From contig OZ024756.1 in the NCBI GenBank assembly GCA_964016885.1, positions 27,342,001-27,406,000 on the forward strand: a DNA stretch of 64,000 nucleotides, read 5' to 3'. The translations under genes and the position numbers were made by a program. The notes beneath the pieces were generated by a model that saw only the letters and a list, made by a program, of their open reading frames with translations, had not been told where the DNA came from and searched no databases. Positions 39,528-55,649 of the stretch are shown one piece after another (the stretch's first letter is position 1; each line of letters opens with the position of its first letter). This DNA comes from Eledone cirrhosa. Taxonomy: Eukaryota.

Positions 39528-40430
39528 GATAGTACACCATGCAATATATTTCGAGTCTTCAATAACGCATTGTTATTTCATAATATAACATACATGTTTA
39601 AAGACGTGAGAGATCGGCTACTTATTTTTTAGAGCCTTTTATCATTTATAACCAATGAAGACTTGAACAAACCACAGCGGGTCCATCCTCAATGTTTTTG
39701 ACAGAGTAGTAGTAGTACTAGTACTAGTACTAGTAGTACTAGTAATAGTAGTAATAGTAGTGGTGGTGGTGGTAGGAGGGGGGGGGGGGGTAAATGATGT
39801 GGCAGTTGTGTTATTGGTGGATTGGCAGTATCAGTAGAGGGTCGGACGCCATGCTTTCCAGCATAGTTACGTCCCTTTACGGACTGAGTTCAAATCCCGC
39901 CGAGGTTGACTTTGCCTTTCATCCTTACGGGGTCGATAAAATAAAGTACCAGTAATGTACTGGGTAATTGCTGGCCTTGTGCCTAAAGTAGAGACAATTA
40001 TCACTATTAATAGAAAACGGTCATCTATATTGCATGTATAGCATACCGTACATGTGTGTGAGGGTGTGCGTGTGTGTGTCTGTGTGTCTGTGTGTGTAGG
40101 TGTGTGTGTGTGTCTGTGTGTGTAGGTGTCTGAGTGCTTGTGTGTGTGTGTGTAGGTATCTGTATGTTTGGAAGTGTATGTGTGTGTATGCGTGTTTTTG
40201 TGTCTGTGTGTGTATGTCTGTGTATTGCGTGTGTGTATGTCTCTGCGTGTGTGTGTATATGTGTGTGTGCGTGTGTATGTCTGTGTGTGTGTGCCTATGT
40301 GTGTGGTATGTAGTGTATGTGTGTGTGTGTGTGTGTGTGTATGTAGTTGTGTGTGATCTGTGGTGGTATGAATTGTGTGTGTGTGTGTGTGTATGTGTTT
40401 GTGTGTGTGTGTGTGTGTATGTCTGTGTGT

Positions 40431-40470
<40 letters not shown>

Positions 40471-40775
40471 CTGTGTGTGTGTGTGTACATCTGTGTCTGT
40501 GTGTGTCTGTGTCTCTGTGTTGTGTGTGTATGTCTATCTGTGCCTGTGTGTGTGTTTATGTCTGTGTATGTGTATGTCTGTGTGTGTATGTGTGCGTGTG
40601 TATCTGTATGTGTATGTGTGTGTGTCTGTGTGTGTGTGTACAGTTTCCGTAATTATATTCATTTCTGGATTTCTATGGTATCATTCACAAATACGTTCAT
40701 AAACAGAATATCGTATGTCTCTCAGTATTTGGGGATATGCATTTATGTGTGAATATATATACATATATATATATA

Positions 40776-40896
<121 letters not shown>

Positions 40897-41121
40897 TGTG
40901 CGTGTTTGTGTATATATTATATATATATTATATATAAGAGAGAGAGAGAGAGAGAAAGAGAGAGTTGCATATATATATATGTATGCATATAGATATATAT
41001 GCATACATATATATGTGCATATATACATATATACGTATATATATATAATATATATATATAACTGTAATATATATATATATATCATATATATATATATATA
41101 TATATATAATTATATTATATA

Positions 41122-41153
<32 letters not shown>

Positions 41154-41182
41154 ATTTATATATATATATATATATATTATAC

Positions 41183-41266
<84 letters not shown>

Positions 41267-41648
41267 GTAGATAAATCTACCAAGAGTTTACGGTAGTGTC
41301 CAATCCGTATGAAGAACTCAATGTATTCCGGATATCATGGAAAGAAGAGATGTAATGAATAAATCACTTTCGGTGAAAGATAAACGGAATACAGATTTTA
41401 TATATATATATTATAATATATATATATATATATATTATATTATATATAGTATATTATAAATACATTATCGGAGAAAGCTAATAGCGATACTCCGGCCAAA
41501 TCCCAACTCACTCAACAAACATTAGGAAATAACTGAGTATATTCCTAATTAAACGTTCGGGGTGTTAACTAAATGTATTGTGTGGAAAATTGGCTGTATT
41601 ATTTCATATGAGATATATCAAATATATCTCTTAAATATATATATATGC

Positions 41649-41756
<108 letters not shown>

Positions 41757-41789
41757 ATATACAGGTCTCTGTGTGTTAGGTTGTGTATA

Positions 41790-42202
41790 CTTTGTGTATG
41801 CACGCGCGTGTGCAAGTGAATGAATCAAGTAAAGAGAGAGAATTTTGAAATGTATATTTAGGCTTTAGTCTAGAAACACATGTGGTGAGAGGCGGTACTA
41901 CCAGCGAATATATTACAACTACTAAGCATGGTTGCGTGAGTATTTTACAGGTGAAGGCACAGCTACATGTGTATATACATACAAACATACACAAATGGGA
42001 GAAAAACCACAAACCCTCCATCTCAAGTCTACTTTTGAAAAGCAGAAGAACTGCAATACCGGTAAAGGAACCAAATAAATATATATTTTTTTTTTAAAAG
42101 ACTCCAATTGCATTTTCGATTTCATCTTATTTTCCTTATACTTTCACTCATGTAGGACACCTCGTTTTTTTTTTCATTTTGTAAAAAAAAACTCACTTTC
42201 TA
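41790..42202 (+). mobile_element. Family A element, single-armed and longer, with decayed hammerhead
   Basis: Homologous to 5320-5531; GAAA mutated (CTGCAATACCGGTA). Confidence 0.7.
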
Positions 42203-42218
42203 ATATATATATATATAT

Positions 42219-42570
42219 GGATGGGTGCTACACGAGAATGCTGAGGATGGCTCTGAACATTAATCAGTATACACTGAGGATGAAGAACTCAGAGTTGTAC
42301 GGGAGCCTCCCAAAAGTCAGCACGAAAGTAACACAGAGGAGACTGAGGTTAGCTGGACATGCTCACCGACATCCAGAGTTGACGCTGCACTAAGTGCTCC
42401 TGTGGGAGCCCCTGCACGGACACACTAGAAGAGGGAGACCGAGGTTGACGTATGTTGATGCCCTAAGGACAGACACTGGTCTCTTGGAGACGCAGGACAT
42501 GGCAGCGATGATGAGGGACAGAGACCGCTGGAGAGAACTCGTCCATGGATCTCGGAAATTTTACCCGCCC
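42219..42570 (+). mobile_element. 5'-truncated RTE-type LINE within (TA)n
   Basis: DGCYTRMLRMALN...RRLRLAGH...[21 protein letters not shown]...DRDRWR. Confidence 0.85.
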
Positions 42571-42575
42571 TATAT

Positions 42576-42655
<80 letters not shown>

Positions 42656-42776
42656 ATATATGTATAGTTGAAAATGAACGAACAAAATCACGCTTGGTGG
42701 AAGTGGAGGAGGTTTCAATACATATACATATACGATTCTTTGCTTAAACTTTCATCTGTTACATATATATACACAC

Positions 42777-42807
<31 letters not shown>

Positions 42808-42851
42808 CATATATATATATACATATACATATATATATATATATATATATG

Positions 42852-42904
<53 letters not shown>

Positions 42905-43110
42905 ATATAACGAAGGAAATGTGGTAAGGAATCAGATGGACCATAAAGTACTCAATACTTAGGGTAGTAGAGTGGGTAATAGGAACGAGTAGGACCCCGA
43001 CGGCTGAGCTCAAGCCGTTTCGACAACGGCTTGAGCTCAGCCGTCGGGGTCCTACTCGTTCCTATATATATATATATATATATACATACATTCATACATA
43101 CATATATACA

Positions 43111-43176
<66 letters not shown>

Positions 43177-44531
43177 CATTCATACATACATATATACATG
43201 CATATATATATACCATTACATGATGTAGTCCTAGATGTGCTATGCCTGAAAAAAAAAAGAACGTGATGGCATGAACTAGGATGGGATACAGGATGCATTT
43301 AATAATACGTTTGTTCGGTTATGGCTGGCTTGAAGGTTTAACCTCCAAAACCTCCTTGGATATTTAAATGACGCCATCAACACCAACATTCGCGTACAGA
43401 CAGGGTTCAGAAATAATACAGTGACGCCCGAATGGCCTCACCGGTCATGGCTAAAATTATATACGTCCCTGGGGTGGAGAAGAGAGCAGTGAAAGGCAAT
43501 AATCCGTGTATATTTACTCGGGTTCATTTATTGACACACGAGGGATTCGAACTTGGAAGATAGACAGACGTTACGAAATAACTGTAATCAACAGAAAAAA
43601 AGAAGCAAAATATGTATTCAAGCTCTTTAAAGTTGTTGTCATCCCACAGGAGGAAACTTATAATGATTTCAGATTTAGGCACAAGGCCAACAATTTTTGG
43701 TGGAAGGGAAAGTTGATTTAAAATGACCCCACTGTGTTACTGGTACTTTATTTTATCGGCCGTATACGGATGAAAGGCAAAGCTAACCTCGGCGGGATTT
43801 GAGCTCAAAAACTGAAAACAGGGCACTTATAACCAAAAACGTTTGACCTCATTTAAACATGATCAGGACCGAAAGTGGACCCGCATGATCGTTAAAAGTA
43901 ATCGTCACGATCGTTACAAATGAACAGCACTTCCACTGAGGGTTTCTCTCTTTATCGATCTTTCGCTTCAGGATCCAAAAATACTTTATCCCTTCAACAT
44001 TTACATTACTCTATATTTACTATTATATTTTTGTTGTAAAGGCTTTATCTTATATAATTATCTCACATAATATCGAATCTACACCATTTTGATGTTATTT
44101 ATTTTGAGAACAATACCTTAATGTCAGTATGATCAGCTGGTTGCAGTCGGTTTGAACAGAAAGACGTGAAAGAATTCTGGCCGGTTACAGCCGGTTTAAA
44201 AGGGATATACTTCAATAACTATACAAATTTCAGGTAAGATCCACTGCGTCCTTACCAGCGACGGTGTTACACAAATAAATGTCCCGGGGCACACTGAGAA
44301 GGGCCATAGGACAGAGTGATATGAAATTACTCACCAACACACTACAGCCTCTGCTTCACAAACCTACTGTCTCCACATTTTTCCTACCACACCAGATCCT
44401 CGCAGCTGGCTTATCTCGGGCCATCTCCACTCAGGAACTAATCTCTCTCTTCTCCATTTCTCGTATCAACCATATTGTATCCACAACATCCAACTATCTC
44501 CACTATACCCAGTTCCTCTTCCCATATATCT

Positions 44532-44576
<45 letters not shown>

Positions 44577-44577
44577 C

Positions 44578-44617
<40 letters not shown>

Positions 44618-44890
44618 GCACGCACACAAACACACACACTCACACACAAACACACACACACAAACACACACACACAAACACACAAAAACACACACAAACA
44701 CAAAAACACACACACACAAGCACAAACACACACGCACACACGCACACACAAACACACACACACAAACACACACTCACACACAAACACACACACACAAAAA
44801 CACACACAAACACACACACACACACACAAACACAAACACACACAAACACAAAAACACACACAGACACACAAGCACAAAAACACACACACA

Positions 44891-44926
<36 letters not shown>

Positions 44927-45129
44927 AACACACACACACACACTCTCATACACACACACACACACATCCTAGAATCATTGGAACTGTGTCAGTGAGACTA
45001 ATGGTAACCGCAGAAGTGCGATAAAACGTTTCAATATTTCATAATAGCCTCTACTCTTAAGAAATATTGCGGAAAGTGATTACACACACGCACATACAGG
45101 CATACATATATACCTACCTACACACACAC

Positions 45130-45160
<31 letters not shown>

Positions 45161-45174
45161 CATATATATATATA

Positions 45175-45806
<632 letters not shown>

Positions 45807-45824
45807 CATATATCATATATATAT

Positions 45825-45905
<81 letters not shown>

Positions 45906-45907
45906 GG

Positions 45908-45961
<54 letters not shown>

Positions 45962-45991
45962 CCTATATATATATATGTGTGATACATATAT

Positions 45992-46045
<54 letters not shown>

Positions 46046-46584
46046 TCTGACCATTGTACACACGTATATACACCCACACAACACATTACGTTGCACACAC
46101 GTATACAAACACACATTCTATTGTACATACACTGTACAGACAGTACGTACGGACAAACAAACAGACCGCCCAAAAAGACTGACAAACAAGTAGGTAGAGT
46201 GCGAACCCCACGGGGTGGGGGTGGGGGGGGGAGGTCGACTGGCTGTTTCAGTGCATCTCCCTCGCCGTCCTCCAGGGTGGGTGGAGGGTGGGGAGGTTCA
46301 ATGAATTCTCCATCTTGCTGGGACCCCAGAGACAAGAGGGCAAGTGAGTTGGTAGTGGAAGATTCCGGTTCGAACGTCACTTTCAACAACTAAAGTATAA
46401 TTACATATATACAGGGACGGTGGAACTGGGGATGGGGCCAGAGGGCTGGGGGGGACGTCCCCACCCCAGGACATCCTTACCCCGTAATAATTATATTTTT
46501 CTCACAAAACTACCAAAACACACATCTATTTCTATATGCGCTACAACTTATGTACATGTTATGTTTATCGCATATCGAAGTCTA

Positions 46585-46645
<61 letters not shown>

Positions 46646-46750
46646 TTATATATATACATATATATCTCTCTATATATATATATATACATATATATGTATA
46701 TATATACATATACATATATATATATATATGTGTGTATGTGTGTATGTGTG

Positions 46751-46800
<50 letters not shown>

Positions 46801-46895
46801 TATATACATATAAATATATATCTATATATATACATTTATATATATACATATACATATATATCTATATCTATATATATACATATATATATGTGTAT

Positions 46896-46928
<33 letters not shown>

Positions 46929-46974
46929 CAAATATATATATACATATATATATACATATATATATGTATACATA

Positions 46975-47024
<50 letters not shown>

Positions 47025-47147
47025 CATACATATATATATATACTTATATATATATACACATATGTATATATATATATATATAAATACATATATATATATA
47101 TATATATATACACATATGTATACAATATCTATATCTATATATATATA

Positions 47148-47225
<78 letters not shown>

Positions 47226-47686
47226 TATATACATATATATATATGTATATATATCCTTCAAAACAAGACATAAGTGCTGGTAGACACTACTCACCAATAT
47301 TGTCACACTTGCTAAAGTTGCTGGTCTTTCCAACAACGATTTTGTACTCCATTTTTCTATGTTGGCGTTACTCGGTTTTTTCTTCTTTTGTCGAATCAAC
47401 ATCTTTTATTTCATTTCATTTCATCATCATCATCATCATCGTCATCATCATCATCGTCATCATCATCATCATCATCGTCATCATCCTCATCATCGTCGTA
47501 GTCGTCGTCATCGTCATTTTTTTTCTTCTTCTTCCTTACTTTACTTTCTCTTTCAAACTCCCCCCATCACCAACGTCTTCATTTTTTTTTTTTTTGTATA
47601 ATCTTCTTATTTTTATTCTTCTTCTTCTTCTTCTTCTTCTTCGCCCCCTCCCTTCATACTACTATTACTACTGGTGTTAGTAGTAC

Positions 47687-47741
<55 letters not shown>

Positions 47742-48438
47742 TGTACTTGTAGTTGTAGTTGTAGTATTTCGTCTTCTTTCTTCTTTTCTACTTCTCCGTT
47801 GTAGTCATCGTCTTCTTTCTTTCTTTCTTTCTTTCTTTCTTTCCTTCCTTCCTTCTTTCTTTCCTTCCTTCCCTCCTTCCTTCTTTCTTTCCTTCCTTCC
47901 CTCCTTCCTTCCTTTCTTCTTTCTTTCTTTCTCTCTTTTTTTTTATTTAGTCACGCTTGTCTTTGCCTTTTTCATCTTTTTCGTCTTGTTTTTTTTCTTT
48001 TCTTTTCTTTTCTTTTCTTTTCTTTTCTTTTCTTTTCTTTTCCTTTCTTTTCTTTTCTTTTCTTTTCTTTTCTTTTCTTTTCTTTTCTTTTCTTTTCTTT
48101 TCTTTTCTTTTCTTTTCTTTTCTTTTCTTTTCTATATTCTCTTCTTCTTCTTTACAATTATCTTTCTCTTTCTCTTTCTCTCTCCTTTCTTTTCCTTTCC
48201 TCCTACTCTTGTTAACACCTTTCTCTATATTTATCCTTTCATCGTCTGTCATCTATCTGTCGTTCTCTTTCTCTATCTCGTTCTCTTTCTCTCTACTATA
48301 ACATATCACTAATACTACATCTCCCACAATCCACACTTCCTTACCATTTAGTCTCTCTCTCTCTCTCTCTCTCCCTCTCTCTCTCACTCACTCACTCTCT
48401 CTCTCACTCTCTCTCTCTCACTCTCTCTCTCTCTCTTT

Positions 48439-48474
<36 letters not shown>

Positions 48475-49046
48475 TTACTAGTACTACAACTACTATAAAC
48501 CTCAGTTCAGCATCAATGGTACTCTCTCTCTCTCTCACGCTCTCTCTCTCACTCCCTCACGCTCTCTCTCACACACACTCTCTCTTTTTCTCTCTCACTC
48601 GCTCTCTCTCTCACTCCCTGACTCTCTCTCTCTCACACACACACACACACTCTCTTTTTCTCTCTCACTCGCTCTCTCTCACACTCCCTCTCCCTCTCTC
48701 TCTCACTCCCTCTCCCTCTCTCTCTCTCTCACTCTCTCTCTCTCACTGCCCCTCTCCCTCTCTCGTCACGTCTCTCCTATATCTCTTCTTTCCCCTCCAT
48801 GTAATACTTTTTTGATATGTTATATAGTTTTCATATATAAACTCGTTTTATACAATAAGCTTCCCTCCTCTCCCCCCCCCTCTTCCCCCTCTCTCTCACA
48901 CAAACTATTGCTCACCTCCTCTTCCCCCTCTCTCTCTCACACACATACTATTGTTCACCTTTTCTCCCTACCACTCTTTATCTCGTTTTGATCTCAGCCC
49001 ATCTTTCATTTTTGTAATTAGACCCTTTTTATCCATCTTCCGTTCA

Positions 49047-49100
<54 letters not shown>

Positions 49101-49164
49101 ACTCAAGAGATAAGAGCAACATGGTTGTCAGTACAATAAGGGCTTGTTACAATAACTTGTTATC

Positions 49165-49230
<66 letters not shown>

Positions 49231-49350
49231 AAGTGTAATGAATTCTTTTACAATGGAATTAGCTCGAAGAAGGAAATATTTCTGAGCGCCGTGTATAAAC
49301 TAATATATGATGAAACAGATGTGTTGGTATCTGTGTTTCATCATATATAT

Positions 49351-49418
<68 letters not shown>

Positions 49419-49419
49419 C

Positions 49420-49457
<38 letters not shown>

Positions 49458-49464
<7 letters not shown>

Positions 49465-49818
49465 GTGAGGTTTTTTTTACAAAATGAAAAATAACCGAGG
49501 TGTCCTACACGAGTGGAAGTATAAAGAAAAAGGGATGAAATCGAAAATGCAACTGAAGTCTTATTTTTTTTTTAAATATATATATTTATTTGGTTCCTTT
49601 ACCGGTTTCGCAGTTCTTCTGCTTTTCAAAAGGTGAGTTGAGATGGAGGGTCTGTGGTTTTTCTCACATCTGGGTGAGAAAAACCACAGACCCTCCATCT
49701 CAACTCACCTTTTGAAAAGCAGAAGAACTGCGAAACCGGTAAAGGAACCAAATAAATATATATATTTTTTAAAAAAATAAGACTTCAGTTGCATTTTCGA
49801 TTTCATCCCTTTTTCTTT
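49458..49818. mobile_element. Family A fold-back element, opposite orientation to 5170-5531
   Basis: Hammerheads at 49596-49633 (-) and 49708-49745 (+); (TA)n on both sides. Confidence 0.8.
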
Positions 49819-49847
49819 ATATATATATATATATATGTGTGTGTACC

Positions 49848-49991
<144 letters not shown>

Positions 49992-50361
49992 AGAAGAAGA
50001 AATTAAAAGGTGGTTAAAAAAGTTCCATGTATTTTATTAATTTCTTCTTATATATACTCCAGTCCAATAAACTGTTGAGTGCTACTTTTCCGATATTTGC
50101 ATTGCTTTATTGTTGCTATATATTTAAGAAGGTGCAGTTGATGGATAAGGTGTACTTATAAATAAGACCGGGAGAAAACTTTCCTTCATCAGTTGTCTGC
50201 TGGGGGTCATGGATATTCGAACTCGGATCAAGCTGTCGAAAGGGCCGGAAGTTTGCCGTCGGGGTCCTGACTCTTTTCCTATTACCCACTCTACTACCCT
50301 AAGTATCGAGTACTTTGGGGCGTCGTTATGATCCACCTGGTTCCTTACCACAGTTCCTTCG

Positions 50362-50430
<69 letters not shown>

Positions 50431-50518
50431 GGAAAAATTTGAACAGGAACAAAACAGAGAGGCAGTACAACGAATGTTTATTAATTTCACGCTCTGGAGA
50501 GTGGGGTGGTGGTGGGGA

Positions 50519-50550
50519 ACGACGTTTCGGGCATAAGCCCTTCCTCAGGT
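50519..50550 (-). ncRNA. Minimal hammerhead, family D
   Basis: AC-CTGAGGA-A-GGGC ttat GCCC-GAA-ACGT-C-GT; short stem I; island 50430-50600 between (TA)n tracts. Confidence 0.65.
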
Positions 50551-50596
50551 GAGAAGTGTGTGGGAACAGAGTTCAAAGGGTGTGTAGGGGAGTGGT

Positions 50597-50716
<120 letters not shown>

Positions 50717-50917
50717 ATATATATATGTAGATAAATCTACCAAAATAGATATATATGTGTAGGTATGTATATTCCCTCTGATAGTTTGTAAAAATTTTAC
50801 ATAGATCTATATGATATACATACCAACACACACATATATATCCTAGAAACGATCGTAAAATGATGAATTTTTTAATATAAGGAACTGTTTCTTTGTTTTT
50901 ATTCATTATTTTTATTA

Positions 50918-50977
<60 letters not shown>

Positions 50978-51125
50978 AAGGCTTTCTATATTAAATATTT
51001 ATACTCTGCTTTGTATTGAGTACCTTACTTACTGTGTAAACCCCCGATTGAACCCGGGATAAACTTATATATACATATATAATATATATACATATATAAT
51101 ATATATACATATATATACATATATA

Positions 51126-51229
<104 letters not shown>

Positions 51230-52427
51230 GTGTGTGTGTAAACTTAAGAAAATTAACAAAGAGGGGACAAGACAACAAACGGAACCAAGGCAAAACGAAA
51301 AACAATTTTTAAAGGAGAAACCTTAAGAGGTATTTTTTTTAAATGAAAATACAAACGAAGAACACGGGACTCTAAGGTTATCAGCTGTTGAGGTGGACTT
51401 TGGCAGTTTCAACCCCTACCAACGATACTGATGGTCCACCCGAGGTCACACCGTCTGACACAGTCATTTATTTATCGTCTAGGATATTATTGAAGGCGCG
51501 TGCCCTGGTGGTAAGGGTGCTGAACTTACGATCATAAGGTCATGGGTTCGATTCCTGGGCTGGTTGTGTGTTGAGTTCTTGTGCAAAACACTTTCCCATT
51601 GCTCCAGTATATTCAGCTGAAAATGGGTACCAGCAATAGCTGAGAGTTAAACTCTGTGATAGACTGGCGTCCTGCCTAGAGGGGAGTCGCTTCACGCCAC
51701 GGAAACTGGGATAAACACCGGCTTAATGAGCCTCCGGACTCGTGACAGACCTTAGATAATATTGCAGTCACGGCATTGTAAAGTATGTTATAGGTTTTTT
51801 AATGATGCTTATAATATTCTCCACTGAACGAAAGATGAATGGGCTTAACTAGACACGTAAACAAGAAAACAAATAACAGCATTTAGGATAAACCACCTAT
51901 AAGTTCACATAGAATGTTTATATTTACTATAAATACAGAGAATTATAAAGGCCTTCTGCAATTAGAAAAGCGTTATAAAATATCCTTGAAAGGACAACAG
52001 ACAAAGTTAAACTCGACGGGATTTGAACTCGCAACATAAAGAACTTGAAACAAACGCAATTTGGCCCGTATCAGATTTAGGACAAATGAGGCTCTTTGCT
52101 AGTTAAGTTATGAGGCCCCAAACATTTGAAAAATTCATCGTAAAAAAAAATGCCGCCCACCCCACCTTTCCTGGCCAATGGGTCCCTGTGCTTAAGCACA
52201 CCTAAGCACAATGGTAAATCCGGGACTGGATATGGCATTTTGTCCAACATTCTAGCGTGCTATCTTGAGCTAGAGTAAGTATAGATATAGCTGCACACTC
52301 TCTCCTCCTCCAAGGGGTCTCTCCTCTCCTCTGAGCTCTTGTTTATTTCACTTCCCAAGCTCCGTACTAAACCCTACCGCCTCACAACTGTGATCCTTTT
52401 GATTTCATTCCTTGTCCTAGTACTTCC

Positions 52428-52605
52428 CTACCTACCATTACAAATATTTACCTACAACTATCCACCATTACGAATATTTACCTACAACTATCCACCATTA
52501 CAAATATTTACCTACAACTACCTACCATTACAAATATTTACCTACAACTATCCACCATTACGAATATTTACCTACAACTACCCACCATTACAAATATTTA
52601 CCTAT
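52428..52605. repeat. 30-bp minisatellite, about 6 copies
   Basis: CCATTAC(A/G)AATATTTACCTACAACTA... Confidence 0.9.
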
Positions 52606-53174
52606 AAATACTCAACCATCATATGTATCGATCTTGCCTGTCTGGGAAAACTTGCAATGGTCATATTTACTTGTTTACTTGTCATATTCATCTGATTAAT
52701 TTATTTTTAAAAACAAAAACAAAATAGGAAACCGATGTCTTCCTAATCTTGTTTATGTATAAAAATATTGCTTACAAGAACAACGAACTTTGTCGATGCT
52801 AACAAGAACAGAGTACTATAATGAATCAACTTTAAATAGAACCAATGCTAAAGATATCAAGCATGACCACCAATATAAATAGCAATAGAAATAGTATCCA
52901 TCAGAGCAGGATTTATGAGATAATACGCAGCATGGAATTAATGTAATCACACTACGTCAGAAGTAGTTCTCTTAAAATATTAACCCTAACAAAAAATGGT
53001 TGTTAACGATTACAAACTCCATTAACAATAAACGCTAAAAGTAAAGAAGGAGCAAATACTAAAACACACATGTATTACATATTTATTACACATGTACTAT
53101 ACAGCCATACTATACCCAATATACACTTCTAACCCACAAAAGTTCTGGAGAAGTAGCAAACGAAAATGTACGAT

Positions 53175-53760
53175 TAAAACTATGATAAAAATATATGATA
53201 AAAATGTATGATAAAAATGTATGATAAAAATGTATGATAAAAACTATGATAAAAATGTATGATAAAATGCATGATAAAAATGTATGATAAAAATGTATGA
53301 TAAAAATGTATGATAAAAATGTATGATAAAATGCATGATAAAAATGCATGATAAAAATGTATGATAAAAATGTATGATTAAAATGTATGATAAAAACTAT
53401 GATAAAAATGTATGATAAAATGTTTGATAAAAGCTATGATAAAAATATAACGTTGAAAGAGATAGAAGGCTAACTGGACTGTAAGATGGAGGTAACGAAA
53501 AAGTAAGTTATCTAGTAATCTTTGTTTTGTTTTTTGTTGTTGCTGTTATTTCTTCTGTCCAATATTTCGGACCTAAAAGTCCCCTTTTCAGGGTTTAAGA
53601 AACTTTCAGAAAATAATGTTCCGGTTTCCTCTCTTTGGGATTAAATTTTGATTTAAATTTCTTAAGTCGTTTTCAAGCGTTTTTTTTTATGATTAAAAAC
53701 TATGATAAAATGTATGATTGAAATGTATGATAAAAATATCTGATAAAAATGTATGATAGA
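53175..53760. repeat. 13-bp ATGATAAAAATGT satellite interrupted by a ~235-bp insert
   Basis: Arrays at 53175-53447 and 53688-53760. Confidence 0.85.
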
Positions 53761-54626
53761 AACTAAACTTAAATATACAAAGAAATGTACTGATATTTAA
53801 TAAGTGACTGATGAGTTTCAAAAAGCCGTTAAAATGCGGTAGAAATATATAAAGGAGAAAATATTACTAATAAGACCAAACAAAGTAATGTTTTACCCAA
53901 TATATTTCAGCATAATATTTCAGCGCTATGACCCTATTTTCAAATGTGAAATGGAAATATTTTAGAAGCAGAAATTGAGCAAGTTTTACAAATAATACAC
54001 AACGAACATTTATTTTTAAAATCTACTAAACAAAAAATATGTTTCTATAGACAAATAAAAGCAGCCTAACAGCCAGCAAATCCTGTATGTTATTACATAT
54101 GTAGTGGTTACTTTTGAAATACAACCAGAACATTTACTAACTTGAAATGTCTCAGAACTGATAAAGCATTCACTGTAGGGCACCTATTTAACTTGGCGGT
54201 GTTCATCCTTCTCCAGGTTTGAACACAGCCAAATATCTTCCAGAGAAGAGAGAAAGAGGGAACGATATAGAGATAAAGGAAGAATCGACCGCAGTCCTGG
54301 GCTGGTATGTATTTTTTTGTTTTGTTTTGTTTTTTTGTTTTTTTTTATTATTGACCTCGAAATAATTGTTTCTACTTTTGGCACAAGGCCAGAAATTACC
54401 CAGTACATTACTGGTACTTTATTTTATCGACCTCGCAAGGATGAAAGGTAAAGTTAACCTCGCCGGGATTTGAACTCAGATCGTAAAGGGAAGTAACTAT
54501 GCTGGAAAGCATGTCCGACCCTCTACCGATACTGCTAATTCACGAAATAATGAAAGACAAAGTTGATCGCAGTGGGATTCTAACTCAGAGCGCAACGAGC
54601 CGAAAACAATATCGAGGCATGTTTAA

Positions 54627-54839
54627 CCCTTTAGCTTTTAACCGGCCGTATCCAGACAGAAATTTCTCATCTTTTTCTGTTCAAATCGGCCATAACTGGC
54701 GCCATCATACTGACTTTAAGGTATTGTTCTCAAAATAAATAATATCAAAATCTCTTAGATTCGATATTATGTGAGGCATTATAAAGCATTTTTTGTGAAA
54801 ATACAATAGTATATACAGAGTAATGTAAATGGTAAAGGG
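54627..54839. mobile_element. piggyBac-like MITE nested in an old SINE
   Basis: TTAA-CCCTTTA...TAAAGGG-TTAA. Confidence 0.75.
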
Positions 54840-55153
54840 TTAAGCTGAAACTCTAGCCTCTCTGCCAATTCACCGCCTTTAGACAAATCTACTAATGCTA
54901 TTTTTAGAAGTATGAAATAAATTAAAATTTATAACATTAAGTTTTAAACTGTGAAATCGGAGAAACTTGCACCATCCTTAAAAGTACTTCGGACTTGACG
55001 AAACTGAGAGACTACAACAGAGAAACGAAGAGGAAACAAGCAAAGAGCTTCTAAAGAAGAGTCGGTTAATGGAAAAGTAACTCAATGCCATAATCTAAGA
55101 GAATAGATATAAACAATTGCGTGCGCTTCTCTTCTCTCAGCAGCAGCAGCAGC

Positions 55154-55225
<72 letters not shown>

Positions 55226-55372
55226 GGAGGAGGAGGAGGAGGAGGAGGAGGTGGTGGTGGAAGGGATGAAAGTGATGGTTATGTTGTTGTTGGTGGTGGT
55301 GGTGACAATGACGTCGATGATGATGATGATTGCAATGATTAGAAATAAAATAAAATGAGATAAATATATATG

Positions 55373-55483
<111 letters not shown>

Positions 55484-55649
55484 CGATAACCGGAAGGTTG
55501 TTTATATATTGTCAAAGTTCTTTCGTCACACATTCTGTGGCCTCCTCGATTACTAAGTTTTTATTTTGTGTGTCTCTCCTTTCTTCTGTCCTACACCAAC
55601 ACACAAAAACAAGATGGTGTAGGACAGAACAAAGGAAAAGCACACACAC

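Noticed and set aside
52700-54180. A-rich region with NPQKFW and EAEIEQVL peptides
   Set aside because: Possibly an ancient LINE, but too degenerate to call
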